The notes below the pieces were generated by a model. It was not told where the DNA came from and ran no database searches. It saw nothing but the letters and a program-made list of their open reading frames with translations. Positions 17,962 through 26,719 of a stretch of 64,000 nt of DNA are shown here, piece after piece (the first letter of the stretch is position 1; each line of letters opens with the position of its first letter). The position numbers were made by a program, and so were the translations under genes. The DNA comes from Burkholderiaceae bacterium (GTDB lineage Bacteria > Patescibacteriota > Saccharimonadia > Saccharimonadales > AQU-01). Location of the stretch: contig JAYVTZ010000002.1 of the NCBI GenBank assembly GCA_043788365.1, positions 51,208 to 115,207 of the forward strand, in the 5' to 3' direction.

Positions 17962-18468
17962 ATGCTTTGTTATACTAAAGGTCTAATGCCACATATCCAC
18001 GAGAAAATTGATTTCGCAGTTAGTATACTTATTGTCAATGACGATAAGGTTCTTTTAGTCAATCATCCTAGGTATGATTTATGGTTACCGATTGGTGGAC
18101 ACATTGAGCTCGATGAAGATAGCGACCAGGCACTATTCCGCGAAGCTAAAGAAGAGTCAGGACTGGACATAGAAGTCATGAGCCATAAACCAAGTCAAAA
18201 AGACAAGACCATAAAGCCGTTATATGCACCCCATTACGTCGACATCCATGAGGCTAACCCGCCACATAAACACCTTGGATTAATTTACTTTGCAAAGTCC
18301 AGGAGCAATAAATTTATTAAGTCGGACGAGCACACCGATATGAAATGGTTTAGCACTGCGGAGCTCGCAGATCCAAAATACAAAATATCTGAGACTGTAC
18401 AATTCTATGCGAGTGAGGCAATACAGCTTGCCAAAACCTTCAAATCTACTAGTCACGCTTCAGCATAA
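17962..18468 (+). CDS. Nudix hydrolase
   Basis: Nudix box GGHIELDEDSDQALFREAKEESGLD. A more likely start is MPHIHEK at 17986. The 3' end overlaps lepA convergently. Confidence 0.8.
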   Translation: MLCYTKGLMPHIHEKIDFAVSILIVNDDKVLLVNHPRYDLWLPIGGHIELDEDSDQALFREAKEESGLDIEVMSHKPSQKDKTIKPLYAPHYVDIHEANPPHKHLGLIYFAKSRSNKFIKSDEHTDMKWFSTAELADPKYKISETVQFYASEAIQLAKTFKSTSHASA

Positions 18469-20230
18469 CGGTAAATGCCTCGGCTGGGATCTCGACTTTG
18501 CCAAACATTTTCATGCGTTTTTTGCCTTTGGCTTGCTTGGCCAATACTTTTTTCTTTCTGGATACGTCGCCACCATACAACCCAGTCGTGACATCTTTGC
18601 GGTAAGCGCTGATGTCCTCGCGGGCGATGAATCTACCGCCAATTGCTGCTTGTAGTGAAACTTGGAAATTTTGGCGTGGGATGACTTCTTTAAGTTTGCC
18701 GACAATATCTCGGCCAATCCTCATTGATTCAGAACGGTGAACCATAATGCTGAGTGCATCAACGCGCTCACCTGATACATAGAAGTCCACTTTGACTAAA
18801 TCTTCGGCGCGGTAATCATCAAGTTCATAATTAAATGAGCCGTAGCCGCTGGTGACGCTTTTGAGCTGGTCATAAAAATCCGTCAGTAAATTGGCGAGCG
18901 GTGCTTCAAAACTAATCAGTGCTAATTGGGCGTCGACGTATGATAAGTTCTTTTGGATGCCACGCTTGCTGATAATTAATTGAATTACAGCACCTACATA
19001 ATCTTTAGGTACGACGACTTCGCCCTTAATCCACGGCTCGCGAATTTCAACAATATTGGCAGGGTCGGGCAAATCGGCGGCTGATTTAATATCTAATTCG
19101 TCGCCATTTGTCATCGAAACTTCATAATCAGTTGAGGGATTAGTGACGACGAGGTCTAGGTCGTATTCCCTTTCTAGTCGTTCGCGGACTATGTCCATGT
19201 GTAGCAGCCCAAGGAAGCCGACACGCACGCCAAAGCCAAGTACGGCTGAGTTTTCTGGGGTAAATTGCAACGCGGAGTCGCTGAGTGATAACTTCTCAAT
19301 CGCATCTTTTAACTCCTGATAGTATTCGTTACTCTGCGGGAAGAAGCCGGCATAAACAAATGGCTTAACTTCTTTATAGCCCGGTAGTGAGCCCTTCGCC
19401 TGATTATTAGTTAGAGTTACGGTGTCACCAACCCGAGCCTCGCGGGTGCTTTTCAGGTTAGTCACGATGTAGCCAATTTCACCCGACTGCAAGCTACCGA
19501 GTGGTGACATTTCGGGTTTTAACATACCAACTTCCAAAGCTATGCCATTGGCGCTGGTGGCCATCATGGTTATTTGATCGTTCTTGGTAATTTTTCCGTC
19601 AACAATCCGCACGTATAAAACGACACCACGGTAATCATCATAATAGCTATCAAATATCAGCGCCGTTGTTGGTGCCGCTGGGTCAGCGCTCGGGCAAGGC
19701 ACATCATCAACTATTCGATCTAAGACCTTAGCAACGCCCTCGCCAGTTTTGGCACTAATCAACAAAATATCTTCAGGACTGCAGCCAAGCAAATTAACTA
19801 CTTCGGCTGTAACCCTCGGCACGTCGGCCGCTGGTAAATCTATCTTGTTAAGAACTGGGATAATCGTCAAGTTAGCAGCCATGGCGAGATAAACGTTGGC
19901 TAGTGTCTGGGCCTGAATCCCTTGCGACGCGTCGACGATTAGTAGCGCACCTTCGCAGGCCTCTAAACTTCGTGACACTTCATAACTAAAGTCAACGTGC
20001 CCAGGAGTATCGATTAAATTAAGCTCATAGTCCTTATAAGCCATCCTGACTGGAGCCAGCTTGATGGTAATTCCTTTTTCACGCTCCAAATCCATTTTGT
20101 CGAGTAACTGCGCCTTCATATTACGCTTTTCAACCGTGCCAGTAATTTCCAGCAACCGGTCAGCCAAAGTCGACTTACCGTGGTCTATGTGCGCTATTAT
20201 GCAGAAATTACGAATGTGATCTTGTTTCAT
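18449..20230 (-). CDS. lepA: Elongation factor 4 (LepA)
   Basis: IIAHIDHGKSTL, DTPGHVDF, NKIDLP and the LepA-specific C-terminus. Confidence 0.95.
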   Translation of the reverse strand: MKQDHIRNFCIIAHIDHGKSTLADRLLEITGTVEKRNMKAQLLDKMDLEREKGITIKLAPVRMAYKDYELNLIDTPGHVDFSYEVSRSLEACEGALLIVDASQGIQAQTLANVYLAMAANLTIIPVLNKIDLPAADVPRVTAEVVNLLGCSPEDILLISAKTGEGVAKVLDRIVDDVPCPSADPAAPTTALIFDSYYDDYRGVVLYVRIVDGKITKNDQITMMATSANGIALEVGMLKPEMSPLGSLQSGEIGYIVTNLKSTREARVGDTVTLTNNQAKGSLPGYKEVKPFVYAGFFPQSNEYYQELKDAIEKLSLSDSALQFTPENSAVLGFGVRVGFLGLLHMDIVRERLEREYDLDLVVTNPSTDYEVSMTNGDELDIKSAADLPDPANIVEIREPWIKGEVVVPKDYVGAVIQLIISKRGIQKNLSYVDAQLALISFEAPLANLLTDFYDQLKSVTSGYGSFNYELDDYRAEDLVKVDFYVSGERVDALSIMVHRSESMRIGRDIVGKLKEVIPRQNFQVSLQAAIGGRFIAREDISAYRKDVTTGLYGGDVSRKKKVLAKQAKGKKRMKMFGKVEIPAEAFTVMLKRD

Positions 20231-20272
20231 GTAGAGAGCATTATAACAGAGGTGGAGCCGATATCCTATTGC

Positions 20273-20773
20273 TTAAGCAAAGAACTTCTCGTAATAATGC
20301 GCACCTTCAATGTAGTTTTCTGGCGACGTGGCAATATCGACAAACAACTGGGCTTTGTCGACCCATTTTATGGCATTGACTTCGGACTTGTCGACAATAA
20401 ATTTATTGATTGGTAGGTCAACCTTGGTCTTAAACATCACCATATAAAAATTATTACTTTTCAGTTCAACCGGCAGTCTGGCGACTTCTACCAAGTCGAC
20501 TGCTTCCAGGCCCAGTTCTTCATAGACTTCCCTGACGGCATTCTGTAGATACGACTCGCCAGCTATAACTGTTCCAGCAGCAGCCGAACCCCAAAGTCCG
20601 GGGTTGCTCTTTTTCGCCAAACTTCGCTGGGCAATGAGTACTTGCCCCTGACTATTTTCAATCCAAATTACAGCGATTCGGTGGCGAAGCGACTGACCGT
20701 GTGCCTGCCGCCTGGTCATGTGATTTAGGACAGAATCATTCTCATCGACTACAACAACAACTACTTCATCCAT
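20273..20773 (-). CDS. Nudix hydrolase
   Basis: Nudix box GTVIAGESYLQNAVREVYEELGL. Confidence 0.8.
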   Translation of the reverse strand: MDEVVVVVVDENDSVLNHMTRRQAHGQSLRHRIAVIWIENSQGQVLIAQRSLAKKSNPGLWGSAAAGTVIAGESYLQNAVREVYEELGLEAVDLVEVARLPVELKSNNFYMVMFKTKVDLPINKFIVDKSEVNAIKWVDKAQLFVDIATSPENYIEGAHYYEKFFA

Positions 20774-20776
20774 CGC

Positions 20777-22369
20777 TTAATAGTCGATTCTGACTGGCTT
20801 CATTATTAGCTGGCGAATTTTGCGTAAAGCTGGTCTAGGCTCATTTAGCCCGAAGAGTAATGACATACCGACATGAACAATTATCGTCGCACCGGCAATA
20901 GCGCCAAACTTAAAACCTAGGGTCACAAAACCACGGTCAGTAATTTCGAGCGGCAGCAACGAAACCATGATAAACGCCGTAGTCACGCTAAAACCCGTAA
21001 CCGAAACAATCCTAACCATCGAGCCCCAAAAAGCTCGGTTCAAAATATATCGATCACGTATAAACATAATTAGGAAGAGCATTGTCACCTCAATTACTGC
21101 AGTTGCTGATTGTGCCAAGGCTAGACCGGCCATACCATAGACACTTGGTTTGGCTAAATTGAATACCAACACAATATTTATGCCAATCGCAAATAGAGAT
21201 ACAAACAAAGGAGTCTTTGTATCTTTCTGGGCATAGAAGTAGCGCGAAACGATGCTATAGACTATTCTAAACAAAATAGCGATGGTTAGATAACCAAAAA
21301 TTAATGAAACTTCAGGGGCTACGTCACCAAACAGTAGACGAGCCAAGTATCCACGAGCGAAGTACGATACAACTACGACCGGCATGGCCAGCCAAATCAT
21401 CAGGCGCATTATTCTAAAAAAGTCCTCGTGAAACAAATCTTGCCTGCCCTCCGCCAAACGATTAGCTAGTCGTGGGAATGCGGCTGTGGCAATAGCATTA
21501 CCAAATAGCATGATTGGTACGTTTGCGAGTGTGGTGGCAAAGTTATAGTAACTGACTGTACCGTGGGCCAGTAAGTTGGCACGATTAGTTTCGACAATAC
21601 TGTTTATCGAGTCAATGCCTTGGTCGATTGAACGCGCCGGTAGCGCGTGCACAACTTGATTGAAGTCGTTGCTTTTGAAGTTAATCTTTGTCTTATATTT
21701 GAAACCTAGTCCCCAGAGTCCGAAAGTCGCAACTATTAGTTGTATCGAAGCCCCAATCAAAGCGCCAACACCAAGCCCCACGACACCTAAATGATATTTG
21801 AAAACATAGACACTGATAATGATCGAGACATTGTAAAAAAGTGGCGCAATTGCATAGAAGAAGAATCTTCCATATGTTTGCTGAACGCTAGTGATGATGC
21901 CTGAGATGGTGAATAGCAGTGGATTCAGCGAAATAAGTCGCATGATTTGGACAGCCTGATCGAGATGCTCTGGCGATAAGCTCGGTGCCACGACGTGTTG
22001 CAAAAGTGGGCGGGCAAAAATAAAAATAACAGCCGCCACCACAGCCATAATAATGCCGAGAAGATTAATCAGGCTACTGGTAATCTCCCACATACCCTCA
22101 TCATCACCTTTATGTAATCGATCAGCTAGAACCGGCACCACTGCAACACCAAGCGCACCAGCTGCAATCGTCAAGAAAAAGAAGTCTGGTATCTGGAAAG
22201 CCGCAAAAAAAGCATCAGTACTGCCCGGATCAATGAAGGTAAAGTTAGTACTAACTAAACGATTGCGGAAAAAGCCTAGCGTTTGACCAAACAAAGCCAT
22301 GATAATCAGCATCATTGTTGCACCACCAAATGACACTCGCCCGTTAGCTTTGTTTATCCAGTGTTTCAT
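20777..22369 (-). CDS. murJ: Lipid II flippase MurJ (MviN family)
   Basis: 530 aa, ~14 TM, N-terminal FFRNRLVSTNF...TDAFFAAFQIPDF pattern. Confidence 0.8.
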   Translation of the reverse strand: MKHWINKANGRVSFGGATMMLIIMALFGQTLGFFRNRLVSTNFTFIDPGSTDAFFAAFQIPDFFFLTIAAGALGVAVVPVLADRLHKGDDEGMWEITSSLINLLGIIMAVVAAVIFIFARPLLQHVVAPSLSPEHLDQAVQIMRLISLNPLLFTISGIITSVQQTYGRFFFYAIAPLFYNVSIIISVYVFKYHLGVVGLGVGALIGASIQLIVATFGLWGLGFKYKTKINFKSNDFNQVVHALPARSIDQGIDSINSIVETNRANLLAHGTVSYYNFATTLANVPIMLFGNAIATAAFPRLANRLAEGRQDLFHEDFFRIMRLMIWLAMPVVVVSYFARGYLARLLFGDVAPEVSLIFGYLTIAILFRIVYSIVSRYFYAQKDTKTPLFVSLFAIGINIVLVFNLAKPSVYGMAGLALAQSATAVIEVTMLFLIMFIRDRYILNRAFWGSMVRIVSVTGFSVTTAFIMVSLLPLEITDRGFVTLGFKFGAIAGATIIVHVGMSLLFGLNEPRPALRKIRQLIMKPVRIDY

Positions 22370-22479
22370 GCAGCTAAACCTCTATAGACGTTAAATAGTC
22401 AATAATCGGTTGATAGTCGAACAGCAGTTCGGTCGTCGGTTGACTTGATATGGTCTTTTGAGGTCTAGCGGGATTCATC
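22370..22479 (-). promoter_or_regulatory. 110-nt conserved leader (copy A) directly upstream of the murJ ATG
   Basis: The reverse complement aligns without indels to 28987..29096 (90/110 identical by hand count), ending at the start codon in both copies. Confidence 0.7.
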
Positions 22480-22579
22480 TGCTAATAAGTATAAAGTAAC
22501 TAGTTGTTAGTAACTAGTATGAATAAGAGCAAATAGTAAAAAATTTGAATGAGTGAAGCCCCAGCAATCGCCTCGATAT

Positions 22580-22724
22580 TGTCATTCCGGCCTACGAGCC
22601 GGAATCCAGTCTTTAGCAATCAGTAATTAGTACTAATTAAGTCACTCACTCGTTGCTGACCTAATTCTAGCTACTACCTACTCGCTACCTTAGTACTGGA
22701 TCCCGTATCAAGTACGAGATGACA
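22580..22724. repeat. 145-bp MITE-like element bounded by inverted ~30-nt hairpin units
   Basis: Left TGTCATTCCGGCCTACGAGCCGGAATCCAGT; right ACTGGATCCCGTATCAAGTACGAGATGACA. Same TGTCAT...ATCCAGT end motifs as 17839..17912 and 40372..40401. Confidence 0.65.
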
Positions 22725-22764
22725 TGGAGAGGTTTTCGACCAAGATGTGCGAAATACAAAAGTC

Positions 22765-24639
22765 TTAGTAGAGTTCGGCGGCTTTTGGTAGCGTCGTACC
22801 TTTAAGAACTTCTAACACCTCTGGGGCTTCAACCGTTTCTTTTTCAATAAGCTTATTTTTAAGCGCTTCTAGTTGCTCTAGATTGGCTTTAATAACAAGT
22901 CGAGCTCGCGTGCCGGCTTCAGTAATTAGGCTCTCAACTTCGTCATCAATAACTTTAGCAGTTTCATCCGAATATTGGCGTTCATGCATGATTCTCTCCA
23001 TCATGATGCCATCTTCAGTATGGAATACTTGGTCGCGCAGCTTTTTACCCATACCTTGATTAACAACCATCTCTCTTGCGAGTTCAGCGGCTTTTTGGAG
23101 ATCGCTACCAGCACCAGTTGTAACGCGGTCTGGCCCGTAAATAACTTCCTCAGCCACACGACCACCCAGCATTCTTGCTAGAACGTCTTTGTACTCAATG
23201 ATTGAGTGATAGCTTTTATCTTCAGGTGGTATAAACCAAGTCACGCCACCAGTACCACCACGCGGAATAATGGTAACTTTGTGGACTGAGTCGCTGTCAG
23301 GTAAAACGTGACCGACAATTGCGTGCCCGGCCTCATGATAAGCAGTTAATTCTTTTTCCTTGTCGTTCATTACTTTGCTCTTGCGTTCTGGGCCAATCGC
23401 TACGCGTTCAAAAGCATTAGTGACGTCTTCTTGTGTTATTTCCTTGCGGCTATTACGGCCAGCAATAATGGCCGACTCGTTAGCTATGTTAGACAGGTCA
23501 GCACCAGATGAACCAGCAGTCTTAGCAGCTAAAGCGTCAAGGTCAACGTTTTTAGCTAGTGGCTTCTTGGCAAAGTGTATTTTAAGAATCGCTTCGCGGT
23601 CTTTTCGATCAGGCAAGTCGATGTTAACCCGACGGTCAAAACGACCTGGGCGTAGCAAGGCTGGGTCAAGTACATCGGCGCGGTTGGTAGCAGCAATTAC
23701 GATTACGGTCGTGCCTTGTTCGAAACCATCCATTTCAACCAAAATCTGGTTAAGTGTCTGTTCTCTTTCGTCGTGACCACCACCCATACCGCTGCCGCGC
23801 TTACGACCGACGGCGTCAATTTCATCAATGAAGATGATGCATGGTGAATTTTTCTTGGCTTTAGCGAATAAGTCGCGTACGCGAGATGCACCAACACCAA
23901 CAAACATTTCTACGAACTCTGAACCAGAGATACTAAAGAACGGCACATTGGCCTCGCCGGCAACGGCTCGGGCCATCATAGTCTTACCAGTACCTGGAGG
24001 CCCAATTAGCAATACGCCTTTTGGAATCTTAGCACCGACCGACTCGAACTTTTTCGGAAACTTCAAAAACTCAACGACTTCCTGAAGGTCGGTCTTAGCC
24101 TCGTTAGCACCAGCGACATCTTTGAATACGACTTTATCTTTCTCGTTACCGTAGAGGCGAGCCTTACTCTTACCAAAACTCATCGCCTGGTTACCTTGGC
24201 CTTGTGCGCTACGCATCATGAAGAAGATAACAAAACTAATTAGTAAGACTGGCACGATTGCACTGGCGAGAGTTAGCCAGATATTGCTCGTATTCGACTC
24301 CGGCTTAACCTCTACAGAAACGTCCCGATTACTAAGACCCTGCTCGTAAATACTCGACCCGGGTTCTTTGCGTGACTTTTCGGTTGGCTTGCTCTCACCC
24401 TTTTTAGTGATTTGTAGGTCGTTGCCCTGAATTGTGATTTGCTGGATTTGACCAGCATTGGCACCTCTAATAACGTCAGAAAAAGCAATGGTTTTAAGTG
24501 GTGATGGCTGGCTAAACGAACTGGCAACGACTAGGCCAATTAATACTAGTAAAGTTATAAATCCAAAATTTTTAAAACCTTTGCGGCTTTTGCCTTCTGG
24601 GTTCAACTTAGTCTTCGGTTTGAATGATTTCTTGTCCAT
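22765..24639 (-). CDS. ftsH: ATP-dependent zinc metalloprotease FtsH
   Basis: [16 protein letters not shown] region and HEAGH zinc motif. Confidence 0.97.
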   Translation of the reverse strand: MDKKSFKPKTKLNPEGKSRKGFKNFGFITLLVLIGLVVASSFSQPSPLKTIAFSDVIRGANAGQIQQITIQGNDLQITKKGESKPTEKSRKEPGSSIYEQGLSNRDVSVEVKPESNTSNIWLTLASAIVPVLLISFVIFFMMRSAQGQGNQAMSFGKSKARLYGNEKDKVVFKDVAGANEAKTDLQEVVEFLKFPKKFESVGAKIPKGVLLIGPPGTGKTMMARAVAGEANVPFFSISGSEFVEMFVGVGASRVRDLFAKAKKNSPCIIFIDEIDAVGRKRGSGMGGGHDEREQTLNQILVEMDGFEQGTTVIVIAATNRADVLDPALLRPGRFDRRVNIDLPDRKDREAILKIHFAKKPLAKNVDLDALAAKTAGSSGADLSNIANESAIIAGRNSRKEITQEDVTNAFERVAIGPERKSKVMNDKEKELTAYHEAGHAIVGHVLPDSDSVHKVTIIPRGGTGGVTWFIPPEDKSYHSIIEYKDVLARMLGGRVAEEVIYGPDRVTTGAGSDLQKAAELAREMVVNQGMGKKLRDQVFHTEDGIMMERIMHERQYSDETAKVIDDEVESLITEAGTRARLVIKANLEQLEALKNKLIEKETVEAPEVLEVLKGTTLPKAAELY

Positions 24640-24674
24640 ATCCCAGATATTATACAGAACCTGTTTAATGATTG

Positions 24675-25604
24675 CTAGCGCTCATGGCTATCGAGTGCCA
24701 AATTATCGGTTTTTACGATCAGCGAGAACTGTTTATCGACTGATAGGCTACGTTCTGGTGGCAGCGTTTTAGCACCATGAACCAACCGCTCAATCTGCTT
24801 TTTGTCAATATTTGTCACGCCTTGGCCGCGCAACCAGCTAATCATGACCTCACGCGCCACCACATGTGGCAACATAATGAACCAGTGTCGATCAAGTTTG
24901 TTGGCTGACGGATGAATATCCAAATAATTCTCTAGTTCTTTGTTAATTTTGACATTTAATTCCGACAACTTATCGATATGTTCAAACAGCTGACTCTTAT
25001 CCTCTGCCGAAAACTTAGCCACTAGGTTGTGCCTTATGTAATTGCGTAGATACTTAGTGTCCAGATTGGTACTATCTTCACGCCACTGTATATTATTGCT
25101 CGTAGCGTAGTTAGTGATATCTTCCTTGGTCTTGCTAAGCAGTGGCCTTATCAATTGATTGCCAGATTTTAATGATGTAAGGCCACGTCTACCAGTACCC
25201 CGTACAATATTAATAATTGCCGTTTCGAGCATATCGTCTTGGTGATGGGCAGTAATGATGGCTTTAGCACCTGCAGTCTTCCGAACCTGTTCTAAAAATT
25301 GATAACGCGCATGCCTAGCTTTTTGTTCACTGGCATCTGTTCCCAAATAACCCTTGTCATAAACAAACGGTAGACCATATCCATTTGCCATCTTTTGTAC
25401 AAATAACCGATCTTCGCCGGAATCTATTCTAATACCGTGGTCAAAGTGAGCTACAATCAGTTTTAGTTTTCGGTGTTTAGAACTACGGCTTAGAATATCC
25501 AGCAGAGACATCGAGTCAATTCCGCCCGATGCCGCAACAACGTAAACTCCCGGTTCAATCTTGACATCCATAGATTTGCTAACATGAGCCCTGCTTAACA
25601 CCAT
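24675..25604 (-). CDS. tilS: tRNA(Ile)-lysidine synthase TilS
   Basis: PP-loop ASGGIDSMSLL and AHHQDDMLET. Alternative start MDVKIEP at 25571. Confidence 0.85.
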   Translation of the reverse strand: MVLSRAHVSKSMDVKIEPGVYVVAASGGIDSMSLLDILSRSSKHRKLKLIVAHFDHGIRIDSGEDRLFVQKMANGYGLPFVYDKGYLGTDASEQKARHARYQFLEQVRKTAGAKAIITAHHQDDMLETAIINIVRGTGRRGLTSLKSGNQLIRPLLSKTKEDITNYATSNNIQWREDSTNLDTKYLRNYIRHNLVAKFSAEDKSQLFEHIDKLSELNVKINKELENYLDIHPSANKLDRHWFIMLPHVVAREVMISWLRGQGVTNIDKKQIERLVHGAKTLPPERSLSVDKQFSLIVKTDNLALDSHER

Positions 25605-25608
25605 ACTT

Positions 25609-25650
25609 TGGTAGCGGCGACAAGATTTGAACTTGGTGACCTTGAGGCCT
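25609..25650 (-). repeat. tRNA-Met 3' fragment (variable loop, T-arm, acceptor, CCA)
   Basis: tggtagcggcgacaagatttgaactt (26 nt) is identical to 25761..25786; the next ~16 nt are diverged. Confidence 0.75.
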
Positions 25651-25760
25651 ATATTGCTTCAAGCCATGAACGACTTTTTTGATAAGGCCTGTCGTTCTTG
25701 GTTTCTTCATATAATTTTTGTTAATCATAATAATTATGAGTCCTACTTAACGCACAATTT

Positions 25761-25837
25761 TGGTAGCGGCGACAAGATTTGAACTTGTGACCCCAGGCTT
25801 ATGAGTCCTGTGCTCTAACCAACTGAGCTACGCCGCC
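25761..25837 (-). tRNA. tRNA-Met (anticodon CAU, elongator-like), CCA encoded
   Basis: GGCGGCG TA GCTC AGTTGGTTA GAGC A CAGGA CTCATAA GCCTG GGGTC ACAAG TTCAAAT CTTGT CGCCGCT A CCA. Resembles the E. coli elongator Met tRNA in the D-arm and variable region. 31:39 is an A-G mismatch. Confidence 0.85.
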
Positions 25838-25857
25838 CCCAAAATTGTGTGTTAAGT

Positions 25858-25888
25858 GTCGCTCTTTAACCAACTGAGCTACGCCGCC
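25858..25888 (-). repeat. tRNA-Met 5' fragment (acceptor 5' strand plus D-arm)
   Basis: Sense GGCGGCGTAGCTCAGTTGGTTAAAGAGCGAC compared with the intact GGCGGCGTAGCTCAGTTGGTTAGAGCAC. Also shares the TTTGGGG leader. Confidence 0.75.
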
Positions 25889-26001
25889 CCCAAAGTATAA
25901 TGTCAACGTTCCAAACAACAGGGGTAAATATAGCATATTGGGCTGAATAAATCAAAAGAGTCCTCGGACTTACCATAGGGACTCTTTTGATAATAGTAGA
26001 T

Positions 26002-26100
26002 TTATAGGGCTGCAATGACTGAATCGAGCTCTAATATTTTACTGTCTGAGGTCGCAGCTAGCTCGTAAGCTAGGCCACCTAAGTTACTAAATAATGACAC
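26002..26100 (-). CDS. Candidate 32-aa peptide gene (MSLFSNLGGLAYELAATSDSKILELDSVIAAL)
   Basis: GTG start 6 nt after AGGAGG. The stop is followed by a hairpin AAAAGAGTCC...GGACTCTTTT. Own translation; below the track cut-off. Confidence 0.35.
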   Translation of the reverse strand: MSLFSNLGGLAYELAATSDSKILELDSVIAAL

Positions 26101-26368
26101 TTATCCCCTCCTGTTTTTTTATTTTGTTGTTTTTGTTTGTGATCACTAACAACTATTATTATACATAACTTTGTGTTTTTGTCAAGCTAATGCTTGTCTT
26201 AAATGCACTAGTGTGGTTTAATTACTCCTGCAGGTCCTTAGCGGTTCTAGTGCGATGAAAAACTTTCGAAAACTTCCTTGATTCAAGGCTCAGGTTCGGT
26301 AAGATTGATTAGCAAAAAGACGTTTTAAGCGGTCGAACTTGCGCTTTAAGTAATCAAGGAAACATTAC

Positions 26369-26668
26369 ATGTACAAATTGTTTGTAGGTGGATTGCCATT
26401 TAGCACCACTGATGAAGAAATGGCTCAATTATTTAGCCAGCACGGTACAGTTGCTTCTGCTGTTGTGGTCAAAGACCGCGACACTGGTCGTAGCAAAGGT
26501 TTTGGTTTCGTCGAGTTTGAAAACGATGACGAAGGCAAAGCTGCCGAAAAAGCTCTTAATGGATCTGACATGGGTGGCCGTTCAATTACGGTTAACCAAG
26601 CTCGTCCTAAAGAGGATCGTCCACGCCGAGACTTCGGTGGTGGCGGTGATCGCCAACGCAGCTGGTAA
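26369..26668 (+). CDS. RRM-type RNA-binding protein
   Basis: RNP-2 LFVGGL, RNP-1 KGFGFVEF and a Gly/Arg-rich tail. Confidence 0.9.
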   Translation: MYKLFVGGLPFSTTDEEMAQLFSQHGTVASAVVVKDRDTGRSKGFGFVEFENDDEGKAAEKALNGSDMGGRSITVNQARPKEDRPRRDFGGGGDRQRSW

Positions 26669-26686
26669 TTTATTACCTAGCTAGCT

Positions 26687-26719
26687 AAAAACTCCCGTAC
26701 TTGTTACGGGAGTTTTTTA
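26687..26719. terminator. Bidirectional rho-independent terminator
   Basis: AAAAACTCCCGTA-cttgt-TACGGGAGTTTTTT between the convergent RRM and cls genes. Confidence 0.75.

Noticed and set aside
26388-26684. 98-aa ORF overlapping the RRM protein gene in another frame.
   Set aside because: The RRM frame carries clear RNP-1/RNP-2 motifs. The overlapping frame is a by-product.
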